Shown: positions 47,125-57,236 of the stretch, one piece after another | Numbering within the stretch: position 1 is the first letter of the stretch | Layout of the letters: the number at the start of each line of letters is the position of its first letter | From: Candidatus Methylomirabilia bacterium | GTDB lineage: Bacteria; Methylomirabilota; Methylomirabilia; Rokubacteriales; CSP1-6 | NCBI GenBank assembly: GCA_041496385.1 | Contig: JBGQEL010000018.1 | Location: 1 to 59,775, forward strand | DNA: 59,775 nucleotides | Reading direction: 5' to 3' | Program-made: the position numbers and the translations under genes | Notes under the pieces: generated by a model | Databases searched by the model: none | The model's input: only the letters and a program-made list of their open reading frames with translations | Told to the model about the DNA's origin: nothing

Positions 47125-48249
47125 CTACTCCAGTGACTTCCGGAAGCTCCGCGTGGCGAGCACCGTCACCCCCACCGCGAACGCGAGCAGGAGAAGTCCC
47201 TCGAGCCAGAGCACGTCGAGGCCGACACCTTTCAGGAAGATCGCCTTGAGGGAGGTCACGAAGTAGCGCGCGGGGATCGCGTAGGTCACGAGCTGGAGCG
47301 CCCGGGGCATGTTCGCGATGTCGTAGGCGAAGCCCGAGAGGAGAAACGAGGGCAGGAAGGTCGTCAGCATCGCCATCTGACTCGCCAGGAGCTGCGACCG
47401 CGTCTTGATGGAAATGAGGAGGCCGAGGCTCACCGCGCCGAGCAGGAACACGGTCGAGAAGCCCAGGAGCAGCACCGCGCTGCCGCGGAACGGGACGCCG
47501 AAGAGCAGGGTCGCCGCCACCGTCGCCAGCGCGACGTCGAGCATGCCGATCGCGAAGTACGGAAGGAGCTTGCCCGCCACGAGCTCGCCGACCCGGATCG
47601 GTGTCGCGACGAGCTGCTCCATCGTCCCGCGCTCCCACTCGCGCGCGACAGTGAGCGAGGTGAGCATGGCCGCGATGACCATCATGATGACGGCGATCAG
47701 CCCCGGCACGATGAAGTTCTTCGACTGGAGGTCGGCGTTGTACCACACGCGCAGGCGCGCCTCCACCGGCGCCGGCGGCCGGGCGACCGTCGCGCCGGCG
47801 ACGTCGAGCCGCTCGGAGTAGCGGGCGACGACCGCCTCGACGTAGCCGGTCGCGATCGTCGCGGTGTTCGCATCGCTGCCGTCCAGGAGCGCCTGCACGG
47901 CCACGCGCCGGCCGAGGTCGAGGTCTCGCGCGAAGTTGCGCGGGATCACCAGCGCGACCTGGGCCCGCCCGTCGTCGAGGGCCCCCTCGACCTCGGACCA
48001 GGCGCGCGCCGCCCGGACGACCGTGAAGTAGCCCGACTGCGTGAAGCTCCGGAGCAGCTCGCGGCTCGCCGCGCTCCCGTCCTGGTCGAAGACGATCGTG
48101 CGGAGATCCTCGACGTCCAGCGTGAGCGCGTACCCGTACATCACGATCAGCAGCATCGGAATCGCGAACGCCATCGCGAGGCTCCGCGCGTCGCGCCGGA
48201 TCTGGATCGCCTCCTTGCGTGTCACGGCGAGGAGCCGGCGCCAGCGCAT
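47125..48249 (-). CDS. ABC-2 type exporter permease (YbhS-like)
   Basis: KE..QI.RD.RSL, DGSDANTA, REWERGTMEQL. Confidence 0.9.
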   Translation of the reverse strand: MRWRRLLAVTRKEAIQIRRDARSLAMAFAIPMLLIVMYGYALTLDVEDLRTIVFDQDGSAASRELLRSFTQSGYFTVVRAARAWSEVEGALDDGRAQVALVIPRNFARDLDLGRRVAVQALLDGSDANTATIATGYVEAVVARYSERLDVAGATVARPPAPVEARLRVWYNADLQSKNFIVPGLIAVIMMVIAAMLTSLTVAREWERGTMEQLVATPIRVGELVAGKLLPYFAIGMLDVALATVAATLLFGVPFRGSAVLLLGFSTVFLLGAVSLGLLISIKTRSQLLASQMAMLTTFLPSFLLSGFAYDIANMPRALQLVTYAIPARYFVTSLKAIFLKGVGLDVLWLEGLLLLAFAVGVTVLATRSFRKSLE

Positions 48250-49193
48250 CAGGCGCCCGCGCTCGCGGCCTCGATGGCCGACACGAACACGTCCTCGAGC
48301 GATGGCTCGATGCGCCCGAGCGCCTCCACGCGGAACCCGGCGCGCTCCAGCACGCCGCGAACGCCCGCCGCGTCCCGGGCGGCGTCACCGACCACCGCGT
48401 GGAGGAGGCTCCCGAACATCGCCGCCTCCCGCACGGCGCCCTCGCGCGCCAGCAGCTCGAGCGCCTCGACCGGCCGGTCCACGACCACCTCGAGCACGTC
48501 GCCGCGCATCCGCTCGCGCTTGAGCTGCTCGGGCGTGCCCTCGGCGATCTTGCGGCCCTGGTAGATGAGCGCGAGCCGGTCGCAGTATTCCGCCTCGTCC
48601 ATGTAGTGCGTCGTGACGAACACGGTCACACCCTCGCGCGCGAGGGTGCGGATCAGGTCCCAGAAGTCGCGCCGGGAGACCGGATCGACGCCCGACGTCG
48701 GCTCGTCGAGGAAGAGGATGCGTGGCTCGTGGAGCACCGCGCACGCGAGCGCGAGTCGCTGCCGCCAGCCGCCGGCGAGCTCACGCGTGAGGCTCGCCTC
48801 GCGCCCGACGAGGCCGGCCGTCTCGAGCGCCCAGCGCCGGCGCGCCGCCTTCCGCGCCGCCGGCACCCGGTAGATCCCCGAATAGAAGTCGAGGTTCTGG
48901 GCGACGGTCAGGTCCTCGTACAGCGAAAACTTCTGCGACATGTAGCCGATGACGTCCTTGATGCGCTGGCTCTCGCGGACGATGTCGAAGCCGGCCACCC
49001 GCCCCTCGCCCCCGCTCGGCACGAGCAGTCCCGTCAGCATCCGGATCGTGGTCGACTTGCCCGAGCCGTTCGGGCCGAGAAAACCGAAGACCTCACCCCT
49101 CGCGACGTCGAACGAGACGCGATCCACCGCGACGAACTCGCCGAAGCGGCGGACCAGGTCGCGGACGCTGACCGCGAGCTCAGGCCGCGCCAC
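48249..49193 (-). CDS. ABC exporter ATP-binding subunit (YbhF C-half-like)
   Basis: GPNGSGKS, GYMSQKFSLY, LDEPTSGVDP, TTHYMDEAE. Confidence 0.92.
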   Translation of the reverse strand: MARPELAVSVRDLVRRFGEFVAVDRVSFDVARGEVFGFLGPNGSGKSTTIRMLTGLLVPSGGEGRVAGFDIVRESQRIKDVIGYMSQKFSLYEDLTVAQNLDFYSGIYRVPAARKAARRRWALETAGLVGREASLTRELAGGWRQRLALACAVLHEPRILFLDEPTSGVDPVSRRDFWDLIRTLAREGVTVFVTTHYMDEAEYCDRLALIYQGRKIAEGTPEQLKRERMRGDVLEVVVDRPVEALELLAREGAVREAAMFGSLLHAVVGDAARDAAGVRGVLERAGFRVEALGRIEPSLEDVFVSAIEAASAGA

Positions 49194-50121
49194 CGGCTCC
49201 GGCCTCCGACGTCATGGCGATGAAGACGTCCTCCAGCGACGGCGTGATGCGCCGGGGCTCACGCGCCTCGACGCGCGCGGCCGCGAGCGCGGCGGTCACG
49301 GCGGGGAGGTCCCGCGCCATGTCGTCGAGCGCGACGTGGACGCGGTGGCCGAAGAGCGTCACCCGGCGCACCGCGGGCACGGGAACCAGCGCCTCGCGCG
49401 CCCGCCACGTGTCGTCCACGGAGATCTCGACGAGATCGCCGGGGAGGAGCCGCTTGAGCGCCGACGGCGCGTCCACGGCGAGCAGGCGTCCGCGGTGCAT
49501 CAGCCCCACGCGGCCGCAGCGCTCGGCCTCGTCCAGGTAGGCGGTCGTCATGAGAATGGTCACGCCCTCCTTGAGCATCTCGTAGAGGATCCGCCAGAAG
49601 TCGCGGCGCGAGACCGGGTCCACGCCGTTCGTGGGCTCGTCGAGCAGGACGATCTCGGGCGTGTGGATGAGCGCGCAGGCGAGGCCGAGCTTCTGCTTCA
49701 TCCCGCCCGAGAGCCGGTCGGCGAGGCGGTCCGTGAAGGGGGTGAGGCCGCTGAAGCCCAGCAGCCGCTCGATCCGCGCGGGGCGGGCGCGCTTCGGCAC
49801 CTCGAAGACGTCGGCGTAGAAGAGCAGGTTCTCCATCACGGTGAGGTCGCCGTAGATGCCGAAGCGCTGCGACATGTAGGCGGTGTGCGCCTTGAGCGCC
49901 TCGGGCGCCGCGCGGATCGAGAAGCCGGCGACCCGCGCGTCCCCGTCCGTCGGCGGCAGGATGCCCGCCAGCATCCGGAGCGTCGTCGTCTTGCCCGCGC
50001 CGTCGGGCCCGACGAGGCCGAACAGCTCGCCCCGGGGCACGACGAGGTCCACGTGGTCGACGGCGACGATCGGTCCGAACGCGCGCGTGAGGCCCTGGAG
50101 CTCGAGCGCGGGCGCGATCAC
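49180..50121 (-). CDS. ABC exporter ATP-binding subunit (YbhF N-half-like)
   Basis: GPDGAGKT, LSGGMKQKL, LDEPT.GVDP.SRR, T.YLDEAE. Confidence 0.92.
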   Translation of the reverse strand: MIAPALELQGLTRAFGPIVAVDHVDLVVPRGELFGLVGPDGAGKTTTLRMLAGILPPTDGDARVAGFSIRAAPEALKAHTAYMSQRFGIYGDLTVMENLLFYADVFEVPKRARPARIERLLGFSGLTPFTDRLADRLSGGMKQKLGLACALIHTPEIVLLDEPTNGVDPVSRRDFWRILYEMLKEGVTILMTTAYLDEAERCGRVGLMHRGRLLAVDAPSALKRLLPGDLVEISVDDTWRAREALVPVPAVRRVTLFGHRVHVALDDMARDLPAVTAALAAARVEAREPRRITPSLEDVFIAMTSEAGAGGAA

Positions 50122-50128
50122 GGGGCCC

Positions 50129-51310
50129 TCAGTCGAAGAGGATCTTCGCGTCGGCCGGCATCCCGGGCTTCAGCTCCTGGTCCGGGTTGTCGACCGTGAT
50201 CTTGACCGCGAAGACGAGCTTCACCCGCTCCTCCTGCGTCTGCACGTTCTTCGGCGTGAACTCGGCCTCGGAGTTGATGAACGTCACGCGGCCACGGTAG
50301 ACCTTGCCCTTGTAGGAGTCGGTCGTGAGCTCGGCGTTCTGGCCGAGCTTCACGCGGCCGAGCTGCGGCTCCGGCACGTAGATCTTGAGCCAGATGTTGC
50401 GGAGGTCGGCGAGCGTGACCGCCGGCGTGCCGGCCGCGATGATCTCGCCGGGCTCGACGTGCTTGCGCAGCACGACGCCCGCCTGCGGGCTGCGGAGGAT
50501 GGTGTAGCCGAGCTGCGCCTCGGCCGCGGCGAGCGCCGCCCGGTCGCGCGCGATGTTGGCCTCGAGCGTCACGAGCTGCTGGCGCTTGTGGAGCACCTCG
50601 ATCTCGCCCGTCCGCGCGTTGAGGAGGGTGGCCCGCGCCTGACGGACGTCGGCCTCGGCGCGCCGGATCTGCTCCGCGCGCGGCCCCTCCCGGGTCATGT
50701 CGCGGCGCTCGACCGCCGACCGGTACCGCTCGGCGGCGACGCGCGCGTTCCAGCGCGCGGCGTCGAGCTGCTGGGCCGCGATCAGCTCGCGCTGATAGAG
50801 CGACTCGCTCCGGCGCAGGTCGGCCTCGGCGTTGTCGAGCGTCGCCCGCGCCTCGCGCACGTCCGCCTCCGCCATCTGGAGCTCCTGGGGACGGGCGCCG
50901 GCCTTCAGCTCGGCGAGCTGCTCCTCCTTCGAGGCGAGCGCGGCCTGGGCCTCGGCGATCCTCGCGCGCGTCAGCTCCTCCTGGAGCTGGATCTCGGTGA
51001 CGAGCTGCGGGACCTGGGTCTCGGTCCCGCGCAGCGCGTTCCGGAGCCGGTCGGCCTCCGCCGCCAGGTCGAGGCTCTCGAGCCGGCCGATGAGCGCGCC
51101 CGGCTCGACCCGCGCGCCCTCGTCGACCGGCCGTTCGATCACCCGCCCGCCCACCTTGAAGCTCACGCGCACCTCGACGGTCTCGATCGTGCCCGAGGCG
51201 AGGAGCGCGCCGTTGGCCGGCCGGCGGAGCAGCGCGAAGGCGCCGGCGCCGACGGCGACGGCCGCGACGCCGACCAGCGCGACGAGGGCGAGCCGCCGCG
51301 CGCGCGTCAC
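50129..51310 (-). CDS. HlyD family membrane fusion protein (YbhG-like)
   Basis: SGTIE...V..SF.V.G, coiled coil, AEFTPKNVQT..ER, LKPGMPAD. GTG 51310. Confidence 0.9.
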   Translation of the reverse strand: MTRARRLALVALVGVAAVAVGAGAFALLRRPANGALLASGTIETVEVRVSFKVGGRVIERPVDEGARVEPGALIGRLESLDLAAEADRLRNALRGTETQVPQLVTEIQLQEELTRARIAEAQAALASKEEQLAELKAGARPQELQMAEADVREARATLDNAEADLRRSESLYQRELIAAQQLDAARWNARVAAERYRSAVERRDMTREGPRAEQIRRAEADVRQARATLLNARTGEIEVLHKRQQLVTLEANIARDRAALAAAEAQLGYTILRSPQAGVVLRKHVEPGEIIAAGTPAVTLADLRNIWLKIYVPEPQLGRVKLGQNAELTTDSYKGKVYRGRVTFINSEAEFTPKNVQTQEERVKLVFAVKITVDNPDQELKPGMPADAKILFD

Positions 51311-51948
51311 CGGGGGCCCCTGCCGTTCCGCGACACACGCGCGCCTGGCCCCAGGTGGCCCGCGAAGCGGCGCAGGAACGCGACGCGCGCCCGGTGGAAG
51401 ACGGGATCGGTCGGCGCGCGCCCGGTGACGAGCCGCGCGATCTGCGGGAACGCGAGGGGGAACGCGGTGATGCCCAGCAACGCCAGCAGGCACTGTCCGG
51501 GGTCGAGGTCCGGCGCAATCCCGCCCGCCGCCTGCGCGCGACGGATCTTGGCGATCGCCTTGCGGAACGCCTGCCGCCGCTCCGCCCCGGCGAGCGGCCG
51601 GCGGGGATCGCCCTCGAGCGCTTCCCACTTGAGCAGGCGCACCCACTCCAGGTCGCCGCAGGCGACTTCGTAGAAGTACGGCAGGAACTCGCCGGGTGCG
51701 TCGGGCGCGTCGGCAACCGCCGCGGCGCGCGCGGCCACCTTGCGGCGGAGGATCTCGCGGAAGAGGTCGTCCTTGTTGCCGAAGTAGTGATAGAGCATCC
51801 GCTTGTTGATACGCGCCCGGCGCGCGATCGCGTCCACACGCGCGCCGGCCAGGCCCTTGTCGGCGAACTCCGTGAGAGCGGCGGCGAGGATGCGCTCCCG
51901 GGTGGCGCCGGGATCGCGCGCGGCGGGCGGGCGGGCGGTGGCGCTCAT
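51307..51948 (-). CDS. TetR family regulator of the exporter operon
   Basis: RERIL.AA..EF...GL.GAR.D.IA..A.INK.MLY.YFG.K. Confidence 0.92.
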   Translation of the reverse strand: MSATARPPAARDPGATRERILAAALTEFADKGLAGARVDAIARRARINKRMLYHYFGNKDDLFREILRRKVAARAAAVADAPDAPGEFLPYFYEVACGDLEWVRLLKWEALEGDPRRPLAGAERRQAFRKAIAKIRRAQAAGGIAPDLDPGQCLLALLGITAFPLAFPQIARLVTGRAPTDPVFHRARVAFLRRFAGHLGPGARVSRNGRGPR

Positions 51949-51954
51949 GTCGAA

Positions 51955-51995
51955 GTAACCGGTTGGATACTAACGCGCCATCGCGTCACCGTCAA
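51955..51995 (-). promoter_or_regulatory. Sigma70 promoter with overlapping TetR-type operator
   Basis: TTGACG-17-TAGTAT; imperfect palindrome GTAACC-ggtt-GGATAC at 51955-51970. Confidence 0.65.
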
Positions 51996-52030
51996 GGTGA
52001 CCCGGCGGGCGCGCCGGCCGCGCGCGCGGC

Positions 52031-54067
52031 TCAGCCGAGGCGGATGTCGAGCCAGCCGTGGCGCGTGACGGTCACGCGCTCGCCCTCGCGCGCCAGCACC
52101 GTGGTCGTCGCCGACTCGAAGACGGCCGGGCCCTTCACCTCCTGGCCGGCGGCGAGCGCGTCCAGCTTCCAGACCGGCACCTCGACCCAGTCGCCGAGCC
52201 ACACGCGCCGGCGCCCGGGGCCGGCGGGCCCGCGCGCGGTCGCGGGGACGCTCTCGGCGGGCAGCACGGGCAGCTCGCCCACGACGGCCACGCGCGCGTT
52301 GACGATGACGACCTCCTGTCCCGGCGCGCTGTACGCGTAGAGCTCCTCGTGGCGCCGGTGGAAGCGGCCGGCGACCTCGTCCATCAGGTCCGGCGCGCCG
52401 AGGTCGACGCCGTCGAGCGGCACCTGGATCTCGAAGATCTGCTCGCCGTAGCGCATGTCGAGTGAGCGGCGGACGGCGATGGGTCCGTCGAAGGCGCCGA
52501 GGCGCTTGCGTCCCTCCGCCTCGAGCCGCGCAAAGAGGCGCCGCAGCCCCGCCGGCGTCATCCGCCCGACCTCGCTCACGTGGGAGCGGACCAGCTCGTA
52601 GCGGAGGTCGGTCGCCAGCATCCCCCACGCCGAGAGCACGGCGGCCACGGAGGGCACGACGACCCGCCGGATTTCGAGGAGCCGCGCGACCTCGGTGACG
52701 TGGAGGCCCGCGGCGCCGCCGAACGCCACGAGCGCGAACTTCCGCGGATCGACGCCCCGGCGGACCGAGACGATCTTGATCCCCTCCGCCATGTTCGTGT
52801 CGACGACGCGCGAGATGCCGAGGGCGGCCTCGAGCACGCCCGTCCCGAGGCGCTTCGCGACGGCCGCGACCGCGCGCTCGGCCGCCTTCGCGTCGAGCCG
52901 GATGCGCCCGCCGAGGAAGTTCGCCGCGTCGAGGTAGCCGAGGACGAGGTTGGCGTCGGTCACGGTCGCGCGCGTCCCGCCCTTGGCGTAACAGGCGGGG
53001 CCCGGATCGGCGCCCGCGCTCTCGGGCCCGACGTGGAGGATCCCGCCGGGGTCCACCCAGGCGATCGAGCCGCCGCCGGCGCCGAGCGTGTGGATGTCGA
53101 TCGCCGGCAGCGCCACGCGCGCGACGCCGACGGTCTTCTCCCCGGTGAGCTGCGGCTCACCGGCCTGGAGGAGCGCGATGTCGGTGCTCGTCCCCCCCAT
53201 GTCGAACGTGATGAGATTGCCCTCGGACAGGAGCCGCGCCGCGTAGCGGCCGGCCGCGACGCCCCCAGCCGGCCCCGAGAGCACCGCGCCCGCCGCGAGG
53301 CGCCCCGACTCCTTGATGGGCGCGACGCCGCCGTGGGACTGCATGATCAGCACGTCGCCGCGATAGCCGGCGGCGCCGAGCTTCGCGGCCAGGCTCGCCA
53401 GGTAACGCGAGAGCGCGGGCCCGACGTAAGCGTTGACGACCGTGGTCCAGACCCGCTCGTACTCCTTGATCTGGGGCAGCACCACCGACGAGAGCGAGAC
53501 GTAGGTCCCGCGCAGGCGCGCCGCCACCGCGCGCCCCGTCTCCACCTCGTGCCGGGGGTTCCGGTACGCGTGGAGGTAGCAGACGGCGACCGCCTCGACG
53601 CGCTCGGCGGCGAGCTTCGCCAGCGCCGCGGCGAGCGACGCCCGGTCGAGCGGCGTCAGGACCGTGCCGTCGAACCGCATGCGCTCGCGCACGCCAAGAC
53701 GCCGCGCGCGTGGCACGAGCGGCACGGGCGGCGGCATCCGGAGGTTGTAGCGATCGTCCTTGAGGCCCTCGCGCATCTCGATGACGTCGCGGTGGCCCGC
53801 GGTCGTCAGGAGCCCGACCCTGGCGCCCTTGCGCTCGAGGAGCGCGTTGGTCGCGACGGTCGTGCCGTGCACGATCGACGCGGTCTCGGCCAGCAGCCCG
53901 CGCAGATCCGTGCCGAGCTCGGCCGCGAGGAGGCCGAGCCCCTCCATGAGCCCGTCGGAGGGGTCGCGCGGCGTCGAGGCGCTCTTGGCGATGACGACCC
54001 GGCCGCCCGCGTCCACCGCGGTGAGGTCGGTGAAGGTACCGCCCACGTCGATGCCGATGCGGTACAC
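52031..54067 (-). CDS. Hydantoinase A / 5-oxoprolinase family subunit
   Basis: IGIDVGGTFTD, HGTTVATNALLE, SGPAGG, DMGGTSTD, GAGGGSI, SAGA.PGP.CY. Confidence 0.93.
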   Translation of the reverse strand: MYRIGIDVGGTFTDLTAVDAGGRVVIAKSASTPRDPSDGLMEGLGLLAAELGTDLRGLLAETASIVHGTTVATNALLERKGARVGLLTTAGHRDVIEMREGLKDDRYNLRMPPPVPLVPRARRLGVRERMRFDGTVLTPLDRASLAAALAKLAAERVEAVAVCYLHAYRNPRHEVETGRAVAARLRGTYVSLSSVVLPQIKEYERVWTTVVNAYVGPALSRYLASLAAKLGAAGYRGDVLIMQSHGGVAPIKESGRLAAGAVLSGPAGGVAAGRYAARLLSEGNLITFDMGGTSTDIALLQAGEPQLTGEKTVGVARVALPAIDIHTLGAGGGSIAWVDPGGILHVGPESAGADPGPACYAKGGTRATVTDANLVLGYLDAANFLGGRIRLDAKAAERAVAAVAKRLGTGVLEAALGISRVVDTNMAEGIKIVSVRRGVDPRKFALVAFGGAAGLHVTEVARLLEIRRVVVPSVAAVLSAWGMLATDLRYELVRSHVSEVGRMTPAGLRRLFARLEAEGRKRLGAFDGPIAVRRSLDMRYGEQIFEIQVPLDGVDLGAPDLMDEVAGRFHRRHEELYAYSAPGQEVVIVNARVAVVGELPVLPAESVPATARGPAGPGRRRVWLGDWVEVPVWKLDALAAGQEVKGPAVFESATTTVLAREGERVTVTRHGWLDIRLG

Positions 54068-54071
54068 GGCC

Positions 54072-54623
54072 TCAGTCCGGCAGGATGTCGGCGCCCGGCT
54101 CGGGCTCCACGGCGAACGCGTTGAGCGCGCAGGCGATCATCGAGTAATAGCCGGCGGTCGACGTCAGCTCGACCAGCGCCTGGGTGCCGAAGCGCTCGCG
54201 CAGCGGGCCGAAGGCGCCGTCGTCAACGCGGTGGGCGCGGAGCAGCGCCGTCACGAACTGGACGATCTCCGCCTCGCCCGCCGTCAGGCCTTCCGGCGCG
54301 CGCCGGTCGCGGATCGCCGTGATCGCCTCGGACCGCACGCCCGCCTTCCGGGCCAGCGGCACGTGGGCCGCCCACTCGTAGCGGCAGTCCATCGCCCGCG
54401 CGGTCGCCAGGATCGCCAGCTCGCGCTGCTCGCCCGACAGCGCGGACTCGAAGCGGATGTAGGCGCCGAGGTGCGCCGCGCGTCGCGCGATCTCCGGGCT
54501 GTGGAGCATCACGGCGAACGGCCCCGCCACCTGCCCGCGGCTCTGCGTGATGAGCTCGAAGGCCGCATGGTGCTCCGCCGGCAGCTCGGACTTTCGGGTG
54601 ATGAGCGGTATGCGGGCTTTCAA
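54072..54623 (-). CDS. Carboxymuconolactone decarboxylase / AhpD-like protein
   Basis: GPF..ML.SP, REL.IL.TAR....YEW..H, L.EL....GYY. TTG start overlaps the upstream TGA. Confidence 0.8.
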   Translation of the reverse strand: MKARIPLITRKSELPAEHHAAFELITQSRGQVAGPFAVMLHSPEIARRAAHLGAYIRFESALSGEQRELAILATARAMDCRYEWAAHVPLARKAGVRSEAITAIRDRRAPEGLTAGEAEIVQFVTALLRAHRVDDGAFGPLRERFGTQALVELTSTAGYYSMIACALNAFAVEPEPGADILPD

Positions 54624-55243
54624 TAGAGCGTCCTCCGGAGCCCTTCCTCGCTCTCGCGCTGGTACTCCTCGATCGTCTTGCCCTCGGGGCGCACCTGGTC
54701 GTAGAGGACGCACGCCATCGTCGGGAGCGCGTCGCGCGCGGGCCACCGTGCGGGGTCCCACAGCTCGGAGCGCCGGAACGCCTTCGGGCAGTGGAAGTAG
54801 CACTCCTCGACCTCGACGCCGAGGGCGAGGAGCGGCTCCTTGCCCCGCGCGGCGAGCGGCGCCAGCTGCTCGGCGTCGCGGACGATCCAGGCGCGGCCGT
54901 TCACGCGGAGCGTCTCCTCGCGTCCGGGCACGAGGAAGACCATCCCGACGTGGGGATTCTGGAGGATGTTCCGCATGCCGTCGAGCCGCTTGTTGCCCGG
55001 ACGGTCGGGCACCACCAGGTGCCGCTCGTCCAGGACGCGGACGAAGCCCGGCGCGTCCCCCTTGGGCGAGACGTCGCACTGGCCCCGCGCGTTCGCCGTC
55101 GCGAGCAGCAGGAAGGGCGAGCCCGCGATGAAGGCGCGGCAGTGCGCGTCCAGCCGCGCCACGTCCTTCTTGACGGCGCGCTCGCTCGGCGCGCCGAGAA
55201 GCGCCCGCAGCTCATCTTCCGAGGTCACCACGTGCTTGAACAT
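54620..55243 (-). CDS. Pyridoxamine 5'-phosphate oxidase-like FMN-binding protein
   Basis: FI..SPF..LAT, DVSPKGD.PGFV, PDRPGN.R.D..RN, ETLRVNG.A, HC.KA..RS.LW. Confidence 0.88.
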   Translation of the reverse strand: MFKHVVTSEDELRALLGAPSERAVKKDVARLDAHCRAFIAGSPFLLLATANARGQCDVSPKGDAPGFVRVLDERHLVVPDRPGNKRLDGMRNILQNPHVGMVFLVPGREETLRVNGRAWIVRDAEQLAPLAARGKEPLLALGVEVEECYFHCPKAFRRSELWDPARWPARDALPTMACVLYDQVRPEGKTIEEYQRESEEGLRRTLY

Positions 55244-55253
55244 CCCCGCCTCC

Positions 55254-56036
55254 TCAGCGCGCCGCCTTGATCCAGTCGGCGATCGCCTTCACCACCTCGT
55301 GGTCGAGCCCCATGAACCCGTGCGCCGCGAATCCCTCGCAGGGGTCGCCGACGCCCGCGCCGCCCCGGAACGCGAGAAACTCCTTCCGCGGGGCTCGCTT
55401 GAGCTGTCGCGGAAGCATCTGCGCGTCCTCGAACGGCGTCACGACGCACGCGTCGTTCTCGTGATGAACGACGAGCGTGGGCACCCGGATCTCGTCGAGG
55501 TCCACGTCGCGCACGGTGACGCGGACCTTCCGGCTCGCGCGCGTCACGCTCGAGGTCAGGACGACCCCGTCGGGTCCCCCCTCCCGGAGCCGCGCCGCGA
55601 CGCTGGCCGCCGAGATCGTGCCCATGCTCGTCCCCACGAGCCAGGCGGGCGCCGGCGCCTCCTGCCGCAGCTCGGCCAGCACGGCGGCGATGTCTCGCGC
55701 GTGCTCCTTGCTCGCCCGGAACGTGCCGTAGCCCGTCGCGTGATCGGACGGCACGTCCACCACCGCCACGAGCAGGCCCTGGCCGGCGAACCCGCGGCGA
55801 TTCCGCACGAGGAAGTTCCCGCGCCCCCAGGCCTCGTTCCGGAAGCGCTCCACGACGGCGACACCCTCGCCCCCGGTGAAGAGCACCACGCTCGCCGCCG
55901 GCGGTCCCTCCGGCTTGATCAGGAGAAACGGCTGGGTGACACCCGGACGGGTCGTGATCGTCCGGACCTCCTCGTCGAACGCCGCGCACGGCGACGCGAG
56001 GAGCGCCAGAGCCAGGAGGAGGCCGCCGATCCTCAC
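55254..56036 (-). CDS. Secreted alpha/beta hydrolase
   Basis: Signal peptide, nucleophile elbow GTSMG, HH..D.C, HGF.G. GTG 56036. Confidence 0.8.
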   Translation of the reverse strand: MRIGGLLLALALLASPCAAFDEEVRTITTRPGVTQPFLLIKPEGPPAASVVLFTGGEGVAVVERFRNEAWGRGNFLVRNRRGFAGQGLLVAVVDVPSDHATGYGTFRASKEHARDIAAVLAELRQEAPAPAWLVGTSMGTISAASVAARLREGGPDGVVLTSSVTRASRKVRVTVRDVDLDEIRVPTLVVHHENDACVVTPFEDAQMLPRQLKRAPRKEFLAFRGGAGVGDPCEGFAAHGFMGLDHEVVKAIADWIKAAR

Positions 56037-57220
56037 CGCGCCGGCTCGACATGATCCGCCCGCGGCGCGTAGGGGTGCGGCCCTTCCGGCGAGCGCCCGG
56101 CGGCGAAGCGACCGAGGCTGAAGGCCTCGAGGTCCACGGTCTTGGCGCGGCCGTCCACGATCAGCTCCGCCATGCAGGTGCCGACCGCGGGCGCGATCTT
56201 GAACCCGGAGCCGCTGAACGCCGTCGCCAGGTAGAGGCCGTCGATGCCGTCGACGCGGCCGAGGATCGCGTGGCGGTCGCGGCTGTAGCCGTCGACCGCG
56301 CGATAGCCACGGGCGAGCGTCGCGCGCTCCATCGCCGGGATCCGCCGCGTGAGCATCCGCGCGCCGACCGCGGCCGCGTCCGGCGCCAGCGCGAGCGGCC
56401 CATCGGGGTCGAGGTCCCAGTCCTGGCAGGGCACCCCCACGATCGTGAGGATGCCGCTCTCGGGTCGGAAGTAGGTCCCGATGGCGTTGTCGATGAAGAC
56501 CACGTGCGGCGTGGCGAGCTCTGGCGGGCGCCGCACGAGCACGGTATCGAGCCCCTTGGGCCGGGCCGGGAGCTCGAGCCCGATCTCGCGGCAGAGCCGC
56601 GGCGCCCACGCCCCGGCGGCGACCAGCACGGCGCCCGCGTCGATCCGGCCGGCGCTGGTCTCGACGCCGACGACCCGGCTCTCGCGGCGCACCAGCTTCG
56701 TCACGGCGGTCCACTGGAGGATGCGCGCGCCCAGCTCCTGCGCCCGCCGGCGGAAGCCCTCCACCGCGCCCGCGGGATCGGCGTAGCCGCTGTCGGGCTC
56801 CCAGGCCGCCGCGCCGAGATCGTCCACGCTGGCGAAGGGCTGGAGCGCCTGCAGCTCGGCCGGCGTGAGCGCGGTCGTGTTGACGCCGATGCCGCGCAGC
56901 ATCTCCACGTTCTTCCGCAGCGCCTCGGCGTACGGCGGCGCGACGGTCAAGACGAAGCCCGTGTGCGTGAAGACGGGCGGGCCGCCCATGAGCTCGCTCC
57001 AGTTCCGCCAGAGGGGGAAGCTCGCGAACGCCAGCCGCGCGTCCCACTCGTTCGAATAGTGCATGCGGATGAGCGCGCTCGAGCGCCCGGAGGCGCCGCT
57101 CGCGAGCGCGCCCTTCTCGACGAGGACGACGCGCTTGACACCGCGCGCGGCGAGCGCGTACGCGGCGCTCACCCCGTGGATGCCGCCCCCGACCACGACG
57201 ACGTCGGCCGTGTCCGCCAC
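56033..57220 (-). CDS. FAD-dependent oxidoreductase (DAO / sarcosine oxidase beta-like)
   Basis: VVGGGIHG, SGASGRSS..IR.HY, AAGAW, FSGSGFK.AP.VG. GTG 57220. Confidence 0.9.
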   Translation of the reverse strand: MADTADVVVVGGGIHGVSAAYALAARGVKRVVLVEKGALASGASGRSSALIRMHYSNEWDARLAFASFPLWRNWSELMGGPPVFTHTGFVLTVAPPYAEALRKNVEMLRGIGVNTTALTPAELQALQPFASVDDLGAAAWEPDSGYADPAGAVEGFRRRAQELGARILQWTAVTKLVRRESRVVGVETSAGRIDAGAVLVAAGAWAPRLCREIGLELPARPKGLDTVLVRRPPELATPHVVFIDNAIGTYFRPESGILTIVGVPCQDWDLDPDGPLALAPDAAAVGARMLTRRIPAMERATLARGYRAVDGYSRDRHAILGRVDGIDGLYLATAFSGSGFKIAPAVGTCMAELIVDGRAKTVDLEAFSLGRFAAGRSPEGPHPYAPRADHVEPAR

Positions 57221-57236
57221 CAGGCGCTCCGCCGCG

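Noticed and set aside
50118..51839. Extended N-termini given by the ORF track for HlyD and, similarly, rnd, SDR, CoA-transferase, PilW, alpha/beta hydrolase and DAO genes
   Set aside because: The extensions overlap upstream genes. Internal starts with SD or stop/start overlaps match the family N-termini better.
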